Shown here piece by piece: positions 32,376 to 45,414 of a stretch of 64,000 nucleotides of DNA (position 1 is its first letter; each line of letters starts with the position of its first letter). The stretch is from Zygnema circumcarinatum SAG 698-1b. Its lineage: Eukaryota; Plantae; Zygnematophyceae. The translations under genes and the position numbers were made by a program. The DNA lies in contig CM074813.1 of assembly GCA_037447605.1 (NCBI GenBank), forward strand, positions 1 to 64,000, read 5' to 3'. The notes below the pieces were generated by a model. The model was not told the DNA's origin and did no database searches. It worked only from the letters and a program-made list of their open reading frames with translations.

Positions 32376-35300
32376 TCAGCGCGGCGAGCCGCTGTGCAGC
32401 TTGACGAGGGCGGCGTAGAGGCCGCCTTGGAGCGCCATGAGCTCAGCGTGGCGGCCCTGCTCCGCGACGCGGCCCCTCTGCACGACGGCGATGAGGTCCG
32501 CGTGCATGACCGTCGAGAGGCGGTGCGCGACCACCACGGTCGTGCGCCCGCGCATCACGCGGTCCAACGCGTCCTGCACGACCCGCTCCGACTCCGCGTC
32601 CAGGGCGGAGGTGGCCTCGTCCAGGAGGAGGATGCGCGGGTTGCGAGCTATGGCGCGGGCTATGGCCACGCGCTGCTTCTGCCCGCCCGAAAGCTGCACG
32701 CCCCTCTCCCCTACGACGGTGTCGTAGCCTTCCGGCAGCGACGATATGAACTTGTGCGCGTTCGCATCCTTCGCCACCGCTTCGATTTCGCTGGCGGAGA
32801 TTCCCTCCGCTCCGTACGCAATGTTCTCCCTAATGGACGTGTTGAAGAGGACCGGCTCCTGCCCCACCAGGCCCATCTGCTGCCGCAGCCACGTGAGCTG
32901 GAAGTCCTTCACGTCCACGCCGTCCACCATGACCCTCCCTCCCGTGGGGTCATAGAACCGCTGGAGGAGCGACACCACCGTGGACTTCCCGCTCCCGCTC
33001 TCGCCGACCAGGGCCACCGTCTGCGCCGTCCGGCAATCAAACAAGTGCACCGGCAGCACACGAAACCCCATGAGCCTTGGTCTTGGTCTTTCCACGAAAA
33101 GACACCATCATGTGAAGCACACACCACTTTACAAGCCCCCTTCTCCAAGGGGAATCGCCAAAAACGTAGAAAATGAACAAATGAACGGCAGCATGTTTGT
33201 TTGGAAACGTCACCAACCTGGCCTGCCTGAATTGAGAGCGACAGGTCACTAAAAATGATAATATCTGGACGAGTGGGATAATGGAACTTGACGTGGGAGA
33301 GCTCAATATTGCCCTGCACTGCGTCGAGCGTCTTCCCCGGCGCATCTGCGTCTATCTCCGACTTGCGGTCGAGAATGCGGAAGATGGAGTTCACTGCCGG
33401 CTTGACGTCTGCCATGTCTGGGACAAGAGAAGTTGCCTGTGCCACGCCCATGGCGCTCATCACGATGGCAAAGAACACCTGCACATAGCAAAAAAAGAAA
33501 AAAAGGAAAGAAAAAATCAATGTTGTGCGAAATCCATTTGCACAGCAGCTCATACACTGAATAACTAATCTACAGCTGCTTTACGTTGAATGGTGCAGAT
33601 CTGTTGACTTACCCGAAAAACATCTTCAAAAGTAGTCTTCCCATCCCTGACCATCTGTCCTCCGTACCAAAAAGCCAGTGCATACGTGGCGAACAAGACA
33701 AAATTGGAGAAGCCCAGGCCCAGCCCCGCAATGAGGCCCCGCCGCATGCCCGCCCGCAGCGGCAGCCGACACTTGTCGCCGTACAGCGCCAGGACCCGCC
33801 CCTCCGCGCCGAACGCGGCCACCGTACGGACGCTGCTCACCGCGTCGTTGGCCACGCGGCTCGCGTCCTCGTACAGGACCTGCGGGCGGGCCCAATGAAG
33901 GAAGGACACGTGTCAAGGCCCTGTGGGGGACAAGTGGCGGGCGGGCGGAGGGATGTGCATTGGAAGTGACGGAAGGAAAGGTCGCTGACCTTGGCACTCT
34001 CGCTGAAGCCCTGCAGGGCCTTCATCTGCATGGCGCCGGCAAAGCCGAGGAGGGGGACCACTGAAAGCACGACAAGTGCTAGAATTGCATTGGCTGTGAA
34101 TGCAATGACAAGGCCGGTGACCATAGTGACGGTGTTCTGCACCAACAGCGCAAGGGAGTCACCGACCATGGCCCGCACCTTCGCGGCATCTGTGGAAAGG
34201 CGAGCCCCAATGGCTCCGCTGCCCACATTCAACAGCCAACAGCGCTCGACAGTCAGTTCGTTAGGGCTCATAAATGGGGCCGCATCCTTGCTACAAGCGA
34301 ACAACCTGTTAGAGTTTCAATTGCAACGTGAAGAACATCATGATGAAATGCTGAGACTCTATTCCAAAGGAAAGATCATGATAGACCGCTAAGGCAACAC
34401 GCCCACCTCGAGTTTGCACTGTCATCAAACCAGCCGACCTCCTGGTGGAGAACTGCTGAAAAGCACAGCATACGGATGCGTCGGATAAGCGCGTTCCCGA
34501 GAATACCAAATAACCAGGTTTGCGTCGCAACCGCCACGAGATTGGTCGCGCCCAAAGCCACAAACATGAGGGCCCAAAAGCTGGCATCGCGTTTGAGCTT
34601 AGACGTGTCAGTTTCATAGAAGACTCGAATGATCGAGCTAAGAAGAATTGAGAACACTGGAAACATGACGCCGTGGACCCCTGCAGCCACGGATCCGACA
34701 ATCGCAATCGGCCATTCGGGTGCATTTAATCGCGCCAATCGCCATATGGGGACTTGCGCATTCTCCTTGTCATCAATCCCCGCATCCGCAGCGTCCTTCT
34801 CGTCTGACTGCACGCTGCCCTTGCCTGACCGGGTTTGCTCCGCAACAACCTGCATAGCTGCTGACGAGAGCACCCCTGCACCGCCTCCACTCTTCTTCGA
34901 CTGCTGCTCGTTCTGCTGTATCTCTTGAAGACGTACGAGCTGTGCGTACGCCCCGTCCGGCTTGTGAAACAACTCAGCGTGCGTTCCTGTTCACATCACA
35001 GGCGGACATGCATGCAACCCCCGTCAGACTTGGCAAACCTCCAAACCTTCCCATGTGGCGCAACCCCAGCAGCGACAGGGCGGGGCGGCTGGCGCGGACC
35101 GGATTCCACCACGACGCCGCGTCGGAGCACAGCGATGACGTCAGCGTTGCGGACGGTGGTGAGGCGGTGCGCGACGACGAGCGTGGTGCGCTGAACCATG
35201 ACGCGCTCCAGCGCGGCCTGCACCACGCGCTCGGACTCCGCGTCCAGGGCGGAGGTCGCCTCGTCCAGGAGGAGGACCTGGGGGTTGCGCACAACGGCGC

Positions 35301-38300
35301 GGGCTATGGCCACACGCTGCTTCTGCCCGCCGGAGAGCTGCACACCACGCTCGCCTACTTGGGTGTCGTAGCCCTGTCACAGGCACAGGCATGCATGCAT
35401 GCAACCCGTTGAATAGGGGACAACAAATGAAGGAAACGGGTTCATCACAGAAGAAGAATCACTCTTATCTCTTGTGTAGGATCTGATACTAGTTGAGCTT
35501 GGAAGAGACTGCTCACTTCCGGGAGCGATGAGATGAAATTGTGTGCATTTGCCATCTTGGCCGCATTTACGATTTCCTCTTCTGTAGCGTCATCTTTCCC
35601 GTACGCAATGTTTTCGCCAATGGTCATCCCGAATAGAATAGGCTCTTGGCTGACGAGGCCAATCTGCTGACGCAGCCACCGAAGTTGTATGTTGCGCAGG
35701 TCGATGCCGTCGAGCATAACAGAGCCTCCAATCGGATCATAAAAGCGTTCTATGAGTGAAATAACGGTTGATTTACCACTGCCGGACTCTCCCACAAGAG
35801 CGACCGTTTTGCCTGCAGACGTCAATGGTTCAGAAAGGGAATTTCCCAGAGTAAATGCTGATGGGAATTATAGGTAAAATTACCTGCGGGAATGAGCATG
35901 GAGAAGTCGGTGAAGATCTGCACATCGGGCCGAGCAGGGTAGGAAAACTTCACGTTGTGGAACTCAATATCCCCCTTAATTGATTTGGGGGTTTCGCCAG
36001 TGAGATCATAGACGTCAATTTTGGGCTTGCGAGCGATAACTTCAAATATTCTGAAAGCGGCCGTTTTTCCACTGGAAAAGGCAGCCAAGAGGGGGGAGGC
36101 TTGGCCGAGTGACCTGCGAGAAAGGTTCGTGCAAAAGGCCGTGAGAGGATAGTAAAGTGGAGGGAGGAAGAAAGATCAATTCGCGCACCTTCCGCAATTC
36201 ATCGAGGTTAACTGAATCTTTGCCCACCACTTTTAGCTTCGGATGCTGCATTCCTACAAAAACAATTTCACATTCTTTTTCGTGCCGTGCCTAAATCCAC
36301 AGACGATCGTGACTACAATTATTGAAGTAGATCAAACGACTCGAGAGGAGTGGAAAGGAAGAGCGTGTCTGACATACATTCCACCAATAATGACGGCAAA
36401 GAGGACACTCATCACTTTGCCTCCGGTGTAATTGCCGACGTCGTTGGCAATGAAGAGCGAGCCCGCCCACAGCGCGAGGGCGTAGGAGGAGAACATGACG
36501 AGCAGCGTGGTGCCGATACCCAGCCCAGAGAAGAGCCCCTGCCGGCACCCCGTCCTGTACGCGTCCTGCAAGTGCGCGTTGTATTGCTGCACAGCTTTCG
36601 ACTCGCCCGTGAACGACACCACCTGCAGAAGGAAGAATGACGAATGAAGGGAGAAAAATGAACATTTGACCGCTATCTTTCCCGCATTTGAGAAGCGTGT
36701 AGCCAGATGCACGTATAGGACCACTGGAAAAAGGGGCAGAACTCAAATTCAATACCATAAAAGCGACAACGGCCCTATCCCCCCAATTGTACGGAAGGGG
36801 CTCTCACCGTGCGGATGGCCCCGACGCACTGCTCCACGACCTGCCCCGCCCCGCTGTAGGCCGCCTGCCCGCGGCTGGACAGGCTCGAGATGGCCCACGT
36901 CATGATGATGCCGGCGAGGGCGAGGAAGGGCAGGGCGCCCGTCATTATGAAGGTCAGGAGCCATCCGCGCACAAATGCCATCGCAAACCCGCCGATAAAT
37001 GTCGTCATGAGGCGGATGTAGGTGCCGACCTGGACATGGAGATGCTCCGTTCAGGTTTGACGGTAAACGATGCAGAGAAGCACAGTAACACATGTGCGGA
37101 AAACAAAGCAGGGGACAATTGGTACCCTCCATCCATCCACCCTATCGTAGAGCGTGGCATTATCCGAGAAGGACAATCGGCCCTCTCAAAACCTCTGCAA
37201 ATTTTAGAACAGTGGCACGGAGAGTGCACCTTTTCTCCCATGGCTTCTTGCACCAAAACGATGTCGCCGGACATGCGGCTGATCACCTCCCCCGTCGACG
37301 TTTCCAGATCGAAAAATGCAATCTCTTGTCGTAACACCGACTTCAAATACGTTTCACGAATGCGTGCAGCTTGTCGCTCTCCAGTCACCATCCAGCAGTA
37401 CATTTCTGCAGGAGCAGCGATGAAACAATCGTCGGAACAAAACCACGAATGGCGACCAACGAAGAGGTAAAGCAAGCACGGCGTAAACACAAAAATCAAA
37501 CCCTGAGAGCATTTCTGTCCGACTGAGTGAGGAAGCAAGGACGGCGAGAGAGTGGGAAGGATGGAACCCACCAAGATAGGCTGCCCCCGCAGCTCCGAGC
37601 GCCACCCAGACGAACTTGAGCGCAGTCTGCCATGGCGGACAGGACAAGATCTTAGGTGGTCAGCAGGCTGCAGAGGACGGAGGAGCTGACGCCTTCACAG
37701 CGGCTCGTGCAAACGAGCCAATCAATTAGCAATTCATAGAGTAAACGACTTCAGTGTCAAACAAACCGCGAATTTGCAAGAACAGTCAGCAAGACATGCA
37801 TGTCTACGTTTCCTGCGCATGTCTTTGCTTGCCTAAGGCATCACCTAAATGAGGTCGACCTCATCTTGGAGAAAGAAAACTATAAAGGTCACGGTCGGCT
37901 TCTGAACTGTTTTTCGGTTAATTTGTCTGCCAAACGGATTCCCCTGCTCGTCTTAAGCTAAACCCTGCAACTAGCTCCTTCGTTCAATATTAGCTCTTAC
38001 ACATCTAAGAAATTACAATTATTTTTATCGCAGCATGGAATCTGAACCTCCGTTATCGAAGAAACAAAAAAAATCACACTAATTACTACCGTCGAATTTC
38101 CCATGAATCCAGAAAACCGAAGATGTTTAAAAGAACCTGAAACCTGAGCTTAGTCTGAGGCTATCATTCCCGTTGTTTGCCGTGTAATCTCCGCAGGACG
38201 GCGGTCACTACAACTCGACAATTATAACACGTCGTCACCTCATGCTCCAGAAAACGTCTAAATAGATGCACTTGAGGCACCGGATCAAACAGATTTTGTA

Positions 38301-38669
38301 TGTGCCTCTCAAGTACATAAGACTGTAATCACCACGTCTTACTTACAGGCCTGCAACCTAACCCAGGATACGACCGTGTCTATGGCTACAACTACTACTA
38401 CTGACTGCGTTGGAAGGGCTTGAAAACAGAAGACAAGCCGACGCGTTGAACCATGATGCCTTTGCACTTTGTGACAGGCTCTGAAAACTAAAAACCCTCA
38501 ACGCAACGTATCCATGTTTCCCACAAAAAGGAACACTTCAAAGGACTCTAGAGAAAAAGGGAAGTCCAGCAAGAGCCGTCGTGGTGGAACGCACCGCGGT
38601 GACGATGTCGGCGAGGCGCGCGCCGTCCTGCACGTTCTGCCCGAACGCGTCCGTGAGCTCCCCGAATAG

Positions 38670-38700
<31 letters not shown>

Positions 38701-39002
38701 CCCGCCGCGCCCGCCGTGCCGGCTGCCATCAGCAAGCGGTCCCACCCGTCCGCATATTGGAAGAGCGCGAGGAATGGCAGCGCGTCCTCCTTTCTCTTCG
38801 CATCCTTCTCTTTCTCAGGAGCGCCCTCCGCCGCCTTTTCCTCCTCCTCTTTATCCGAGGATCCTGCTTTATCGCCTGGAAGAGCCATGGCTGGCACACC
38901 CGCCAAAGGAGAGGCAAGCTCGTTAACTTCCACCGCCATGGCGGCCGCCAGCGTGTCCTCATGGCGATGGGCCGGGCCGTCGGCGCCGTCCCCACCGGGC
39001 AT
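32376..39002 (-). CDS. ABCB: Full-size ABCB (P-glycoprotein/MDR) transporter, 13 exons, about 1295 aa
   Basis: Exons: 39002-38595, 37626-37572, 37405-37230, 37029-36808, 36622-36378, 36113-35884, 35812-35517, 35373-35100, 34986-34407, 34218-33990, 33879-33613, 33478-33218, 33020-32376. Two TMDs and two NBDs with [16 protein letters not shown] and [11 protein letters not shown]. Confidence 0.95.
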
Positions 39003-40229
39003 GGCGGGCGGGCGGGCGGGCGTCGGAGGAGATCGGAGCGGAGCAGAGCGTCGGCCTGCCCTCCTCCCTGCCTCCCTCCGTCCCTCCCTCCCTGGCGGCC
39101 CGAGGGCGTTACTGTGCGGGCACGCGGCGCCCGCCGAGTGGCGGTGCGTGTCGGCGGCGCGACGGGCGGCGAAAATTCGCGGAGCAGGCGCCGCGCGACG
39201 TGGCGCGCCCCCATTGGCGGAGACGGCGACAGCGCGCGACGGCCGTACGGCCACCCGCCCGCCCATTGGCCTGCTTGCTTGCTTGGCTTCTCTGGGTGCA
39301 GGTTTGAAGCGTGAACCGCTGCTGGCAAGGACGGAGGACAAGAGAGAGATTGAGATTGCTCCAGTTCCAGGCGGGCGGGCCACGACGACAGGTTGGGTCG
39401 CAAGAGCACTCACTCACTCACTGCCTGCTCGCGACGCGCAAACAGGCCTTGTGCCTGCCTGCCTGCTGCCTGCCTGCCTGCTCGCGTGTGTGTGTCGTTG
39501 CTGCCTCGTGTTTGGGCGTGAAGATAAGGTGGGCGCCAAAAGGAAATCTACAGATCGCCCGAAGTACTTCGACAGTATTTCTTCGAACAGACAACTACAT
39601 GCAGCATCTTAGGGACCAGCAGCATCCCTTGAAGGGGACTGAATACAACCAGATGCAGTCGCCATCACAACGAGACTTGTTTGTCAAGAATGAGCCTTCT
39701 ACGTCGAAGAAAAGGAACTCGGAAGTGGGCGTTCTCAATATTGAAAACACTTGGTCTTGTTGGCAAAAATGTGGAGAGGGCAGCGTAGGGGTTTGCGTGA
39801 GGCCTTTTGAGAAAAGAGAGCGGCATTTTCAACTCTTCAGTGCTTGGACCAGTGAGCCTTGGCTTGCGGCTGTGGAAACCAGAAGGGACGCTGCACTTTG
39901 CACTTCCCATTTTTTAATCAATTCAACTCTACAAAAGAATCAAATTTAGTCATTTGGTTATAAATGACAACATGGGATGAAAAAGGAGTCGATCTCTGAT
40001 GCTTCACGCGTCGTTAGACATATCAGCAATGTTAGAAAAACTGTCGAACGAATGAACGAATGCTACTATAGGACAAAATCTTTGTCCAAAAGTACAAATA
40101 AAGTACCTAAAAAGGTACAAAGTACCAACACAAAAAGGTACAACAAAGTACGAAACAAAAAAGTTCTGAAAATCCCGAAAATGAAACTTAAAATGGTCCC
40201 CGAAAAGAGTAAATTACGGGATTTTCCGT

Positions 40230-40900
40230 AGGAAAATTCTATTCTCACACCTTTTTTGTCTACAGTCTAATCACGTTATAGTGACACTGTTTATAAGAAC
40301 AGCATGGATATACTGACTTTTTTTCCGGGAACGGAATTGCACCACTGCAGATCCTGCGCCAGTAGTGACGCCATTACGGATATAATGACGTTGAAAAACC
40401 CTGATTGTTACTATATATTCAAAATGTCGATATTATCCACCCACGTATTGGAATATGCGTTACAAATATATTTACGACCGTACATATATCGACTAATATC
40501 GTCAGATATCGACTTGACCGTACATATCAAGTTGTCCGTACACATGATCACTAGGGTTCGTACACACCTACCTACGTGACGACTGCCAAAAAAGTACAAT
40601 GTACGGTATCAAATTCGTACGGATATACCGCAAAAACATATGTAATAACATTGTTACTATAATTGTGAAATGACAAACGGGTCATTACCGATATAGTGAC
40701 ACAAATGTGTGGGGACCGACATGGACACTATAACGTGATTAGACTGTACACAGACCTTTTTTCGTCGGGCAGGTTCTATTTTAGATAAACAAAAAAGGAT
40801 TAAAAACGAAAAATGATTTTTTCACACCTTTGTCGATACACACTCCTTTTTCCGTCGGGCAGATTTTATTTTAGAAAAAAAAGGTTTTGAAACCCTAAAA
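40230..40900. repeat. Repeat Y copy, interrupted by the 40263-40746 MITE
   Basis: CACACCTTTTTTGTC...CACAGACCTTTTTTCGTCGGGCAGGTTCTATTTTAG matches 45420-45560. Confidence 0.75.
40263..40746. mobile_element. Tc1/mariner-type MITE, 484 bp, 21-bp perfect TIR, TA TSD
   Basis: TA|CAGTCTAATCACGTTATAGTG ... CACTATAACGTGATTAGACTG|TA. The empty site TTTTTGTC-TA-CACACAGACC is seen at about 45431-45450. Confidence 0.9.
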
Positions 40901-41000
40901 ACGCATTATAATTCCACAAGCATTGCCAAGGACATCCGGACAATCATCAGACATTGTGGCGTTGAGGGATGTTGTTTAACTTTGCGACCTCTTTCAGCCT

Positions 41001-42680
41001 TGTAGCACAAAGATAAGTGGGGTTAAACAAAGACTGCTGAGCTAGCTGCAGGTGCTGTACGGCCACACGCGCGTCCGTGCTGAAACTAATGAAGGGTTGG
41101 GTTGGTTCTGTGGGTCTGCCTGCAGCATAGAGCCAGGATCCGGGGGATTCAGAGGTACGCGCAGCGGAAGACGTNNNNNNNNNNAAGGGTGGGGTCAAAT
41201 TGATGCAGGCAAGGAGCCTGAAGGAGGGCACTCTTGAGCGCGTGGAAGGCCAAATCCTGCGCTCGGCTCCATTCGTATTGGACTCCGTGCTTCTCCAAGG
41301 CATGTAGGGGACGTGCGATAAGGGCATAGCCCTTGATGAACCGGCGATAGAATGAGGTGAGCCCCAAGAAAGACTTGAGCTGAGTGAGGGTCTGTGGAAT
41401 CGGCATAAGGGCAATCGCTTCAATCTTATCGAGTGATGGTTTCAGGCCATTGATGCCAAGGCGGTGCCCGAGATGAGTGATCTCCTGGTGGCCCCATTTG
41501 CACTTCTTGGGTGCAATCTTCAGACGCGCACTGATGAGCTGTTGCAGGACTTGGTCAATGTGTTGCAGGTGGGAGGACCAGTCCTTGCTGTGGATCGAAG
41601 CATCATCCACGTAAGGCTCGCAGAAGGCACGGCGTAGGCCAACACCGTTGGCCGTGCTACCGTGAGTCTCGACCGGAATTCTTGAGCTCAATGGAAGCAC
41701 CGGCCCATCGCGACAAAGCGTGGCCGCGGGCGGGGCCCCCTCGTTTGCAAATATCGGGTTCGCCAAGTAGGGGATCTCGCCGCAAGGATTTCTCGCATGT
41801 CAAGTGCACGAGAACCACCGTCATCGTGGGAGACGCCGGAGAATCAGCCGTCCACATCCTGCACGTGTAGGATCCCACTTCGCTGCTATTGCATTCACCT
41901 TCGGTAGTCACCACTGAAGCGAGTGTGCCATCCGCCTTTGGGGCGAACGCTCTGCTTTCGGCTCCACGTCTTCCTCCAAATCTCCATCAATCCGCCGCCA
42001 CGCTTCTCGCCGACTGCCGTTGACATCGGCTCAGCCGCGCGGGCGAAAAAGCTGTGAGGGGAGTCGTGTGGTCATCACGGGAGGCGCATCCCCCGTATCG
42101 ATGTGGTGCTCAATCAAGTGAGTCTTGCCGATGTCGAGTGAATGTCGTGCGAAAACTAGGTGATTTCGGCGCAGCACTTGGCGTAGTTGAGAATGCTTGA
42201 TCGGGTCTGAGAGGACTGCAGGCCCTAATCGCATCTGCCCCTCTATTTCCAACCACTCCTCATCGCCGATGGTCTCATGTGGGNNNNNNNNNNNNNNNNN
42301 NNNNNNNNNNNNNNNNNNNNNNNNNNNNNNNNNNNNNNNNNNNNNNNNNNNNNNNNNNNNNNNNNNNNNNNNNNNNNNNNNNNNNNNNNNNNNNNNNNNN
42401 NNNNNNNNNNNNNNNNNNNNNNNNNNNNNNNNNNNNNNNNNNNNNNNNNNNNNNNNNNNNNNNNNNNNNNNNNNNNNNNNNNNNNNNNGCATCTTGCGGC
42501 GCTTCCGAGTGCGCCTTGCTGGATGGTGTGCCGTTCCGTGGGCCGCCAACGCATGGCGCCGACTTCTCTCAATCTCCGTTGGCAGCTCCTGGATTCCGTT
42601 GATCCGTGACACGGAAGAGGTATACGTCAAGTACAATTGAACTGACGCAAATCCGTCGAACGCAGCTCCGTTACGCTACA
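41001..42680 (-). mobile_element. Ty3/Gypsy family B copy, collapsed by N-gaps, with both outer LTR ends and a 4-bp TSD GCCT
   Basis: GCCT|TGTAGCACAAAGATAAGTGGGG ... CCGTTACGCTACA|GCCT. Internal RT PYVDDASIH...KIAPKKCKWG. DIGKTHLIEHHIDTG. Confidence 0.85.
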
Positions 42681-42699
42681 GCCTCTTCATCTCGTTGCC

Positions 42700-42884
42700 G
42701 TTTACAGCAAGTACGGCAAGTACGGCTAGTACGGTTTTAGGATTTCTAGGGTTTTAGGGGTACGGACAATACGGATAACACGGATAACACAGAGTTACCG
42801 TACAAAAAGGTGGTTTCGGCAAAATCGGGGCGAATTTCTTGGGGACGCACTGTACAGGGTGGAAAATATGAGGACTGCTGACTG
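42700..42884. repeat. MITE X-related right end
   Basis: GTACGG repeats, then ACCGTACAAAAAGGTGGTTTCGGCAAAATC...GGCGAA...GACTG|TA, as at 22290-22468. Confidence 0.6.
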
Positions 42885-43014
42885 TACAGGTGGGCTTGCA
42901 GGGCTGTACGGCTTCCCCCGTACCGCCAGCCAGCCCCTGGCGATACGCTACGATACGCCCTCCGGATCGCAATACTGTATGCCCGACCCGACCCGACCCG
43001 ACTCGGCGCAGGCT

Positions 43015-43028
43015 CCGTACGGTACGGC
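43015..43028 (+). promoter_or_regulatory. CCGTACGGTACGGC motif upstream of DCTPP1
   Basis: Identical 14-mer in sense orientation also upstream of BPG2 and SOS1. Confidence 0.5.
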
Positions 43029-43457
43029 TCTCTATCAGCGATGCGTCTGCGCCTCCGCGGCTCTCCCTCTTTCTGGAGCGACCGAGAGTGAGTGAGAGTG
43101 AGTGAGGCCAGGGCTGAGGCTGCTTCCGGGGCCTCCCTCCCTCCCTCGCGAGAGCCGACCCGCCTGTCCCACTCCCGGCCGGACCGGACCTGACCTCCCC
43201 GCGCTCGCGCTCGCGCATCGCAGTCCGCAGCCCGGCCGTGCCTGACCCACCTTCGTTCCGCTCCTATCTCGAGCAGAGTGGTAGGAGGGGCCACGAGAGG
43301 AGGTGTCACGCTGACCCCCAGCAGCGTGCAGAAAGCTCCCTCTCTCTCTTCCTCACCACCGTGGCATCGCATCCAAGCGGAGCTGCTGTGGAAGGCATCC
43401 TCTATCGTCTGCGACAATTGGATTTTGAGGAGTCCTTTGGAGTAGGAAACAGCAGGC

Positions 43458-44412
43458 ATGGATGGAACAGCGGCAAACACCTCTTCTGATGGCGATGCTC
43501 TCAGCCGCTTAACCCAGCGGCTAGAGAATGTAGAGAGAAAACTAGGAATCTGCAGCGTCTCCACTCAACAGAATGTACTTAGTCATATGAATGCTTCGGA
43601 AATTGAATCTCCCCAAAGCGCCGTGAGGGGAGGAGAATCTCATTCAGAGACATGTGTTCCAGGGCAGGAGGATTTTGTGGAAGGCAGTGGAGATGCGAGC
43701 TTGGAGACGGAGGCGACACCTTGGAGTGGTGTCTTAAAGCTGGAAGACCTCCGCTCAATGCAGGCGTTGTTTGCAAGAGAGCGACAATGGGATCATTTTC
43801 ATACGCCACGCAACCTACTCCTTGCCCTGGTGCGCTCCTCTAGCCTTATTGTCACGCGCATGGTCAGACACAGCTGAGAGCAAGCGCTTCGTCACATACT
43901 TGTGTGGATCTGCATTTTGTGTGTTCGGTCAGCATCGGTGCACGCGAGGTCAGGTGGAATATGGTCCTTACTCTCCCAATGCAGTTTTGAAACCTGAATA
44001 TTGGAAAGCTCATTCATGGTATGCATCAAGAGTCTAATTGGCTGATATGACTCCATCTATTTTTTCTTGTAATTGTAATCTTGTTTCCATGTTTAATCGT
44101 TTATATTGTGAAATACTGGTGGCATACTAAAGTGAGATAAGCAGGATTCTGCAGGTGGGGGAAGTCGGCGAAGTTTCCGAACTATTTCAGTGGAAAGGCG
44201 AGGTAGCGTCCGGGCTCCCAAGTTTGAGCGAGAAGGAGAAGGAGGACGTGGGGGATGAGCTGTCGGATGTGCTGCTCTACCTCGTTCGCCTTGCAGACGT
44301 CTGCAGCATAGATCTCGAGGAAGCTGTTCTTCGTAAATACAAAAAAAATTCCGCCAAGTATCCAGTCGACAAATGCAAAGGGTCTTCTAGAAAGTACACG
44401 GCCTACAGCTGA
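43458..44412 (+). CDS. DCTPP1: dCTP pyrophosphatase 1 (MazG-like, all-alpha NTP pyrophosphatase), 2 exons, about 209 aa
   Basis: Exons 43458-43829 and 44155-44412. FARERQWDHFHTPRNLLLALVGEVGEVSELFQW...ELSDVLLYLVRLADVCSIDL...KNSAKYP. Confidence 0.92.
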
Positions 44413-45414
44413 TTCTATTGGAAGTCTGCTTGTGCGAGCTCTGGGCATTTAGCACTGTCATTTTGCCAAAAAGCACCGACCGTGACTGAGGAGATGTCTC
44501 AGTACTTTTTTTCACAACCACTGTTGCAGAAATGTGTCCGGCTGATCAAAGATCCATGAAACCGTGAATAAAAAACCATGAATATGGGCTAAAGAGGCTA
44601 TAGACCATGTCTTTGAAAAACGCCAATACACTAGCGCCGTTACGGCTAGATGGGGACGTTTTCCGGCTTTCACTCCAAAACCTCGGCTTCTAGTGCATAT
44701 GCGCGAGCCGAACTCCTGTTACGTGCAAGCGAAGGGTTCCAAGGGTTCCAATCTTCTGCCGCCGTTAGTGATCCGTATGTATCAAACGCTTGTATAAAAC
44801 ACCGTATAATACGTGCGTATTATACCACGTTTTAAAATAGTGTACTTTATATGTATTTAACGCCTTTTGTTCGTTTGCGTGCTAGTTAGACGGAGACTGA
44901 TCATAATAATTGAAGCTTCTAGCCGTAAAGGCAGCTCTAGGACACCTTATACTAGTCTCAAAATAGTTGTATTGAAAAATAGGTCTACAAGAGCAGTTTC
45001 AAGGGGGGTGGTGATGATGGGCCATGTGGTTGTGTTGCTACCTACAGTGGTGAAGACATCATGAGAAGGATAAGAGAAGACGAGCAACAACAAAACGATG
45101 ATGGAAAATATTTATGCACACAACAAAAATACCCACACCTTCTTTCTTCTTCTACTATTCATAATAATCACCTCCTCCAATAGTAGAAGGGGGAGAGGGT
45201 CTAGGGATTCACCTCTCACATCGGTGACCTTTGCGGCCGCTTCTAGGGCTGCGTTATTGTGCCTAGGCGTAGTTTTATGCACTTAGCTTCTTTCTATTGT
45301 GCTTGGGTCCTTTGCAACCAGTCCCTCGTGGTTCCACATCATGCTTTTGTCCATATACATTTGATGGCCTCGCCATGGTGAGTTCAATGAAATTTTCCCC
45401 CGTTTTTTTTTCTG

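Noticed and set aside
32184-33176. 330-aa plus-strand ORF
   Set aside because: Antisense shadow of the ABCB NBD2 exon.
38581-39612. 343-aa plus-strand ORF
   Set aside because: Antisense shadow of the GC-rich ABCB exon 1 and leader; no recognisable motifs.
42284-42488. N-run and X-rich ORFs, plus the many 10-N runs
   Set aside because: Assembly gaps, not biological sequence.
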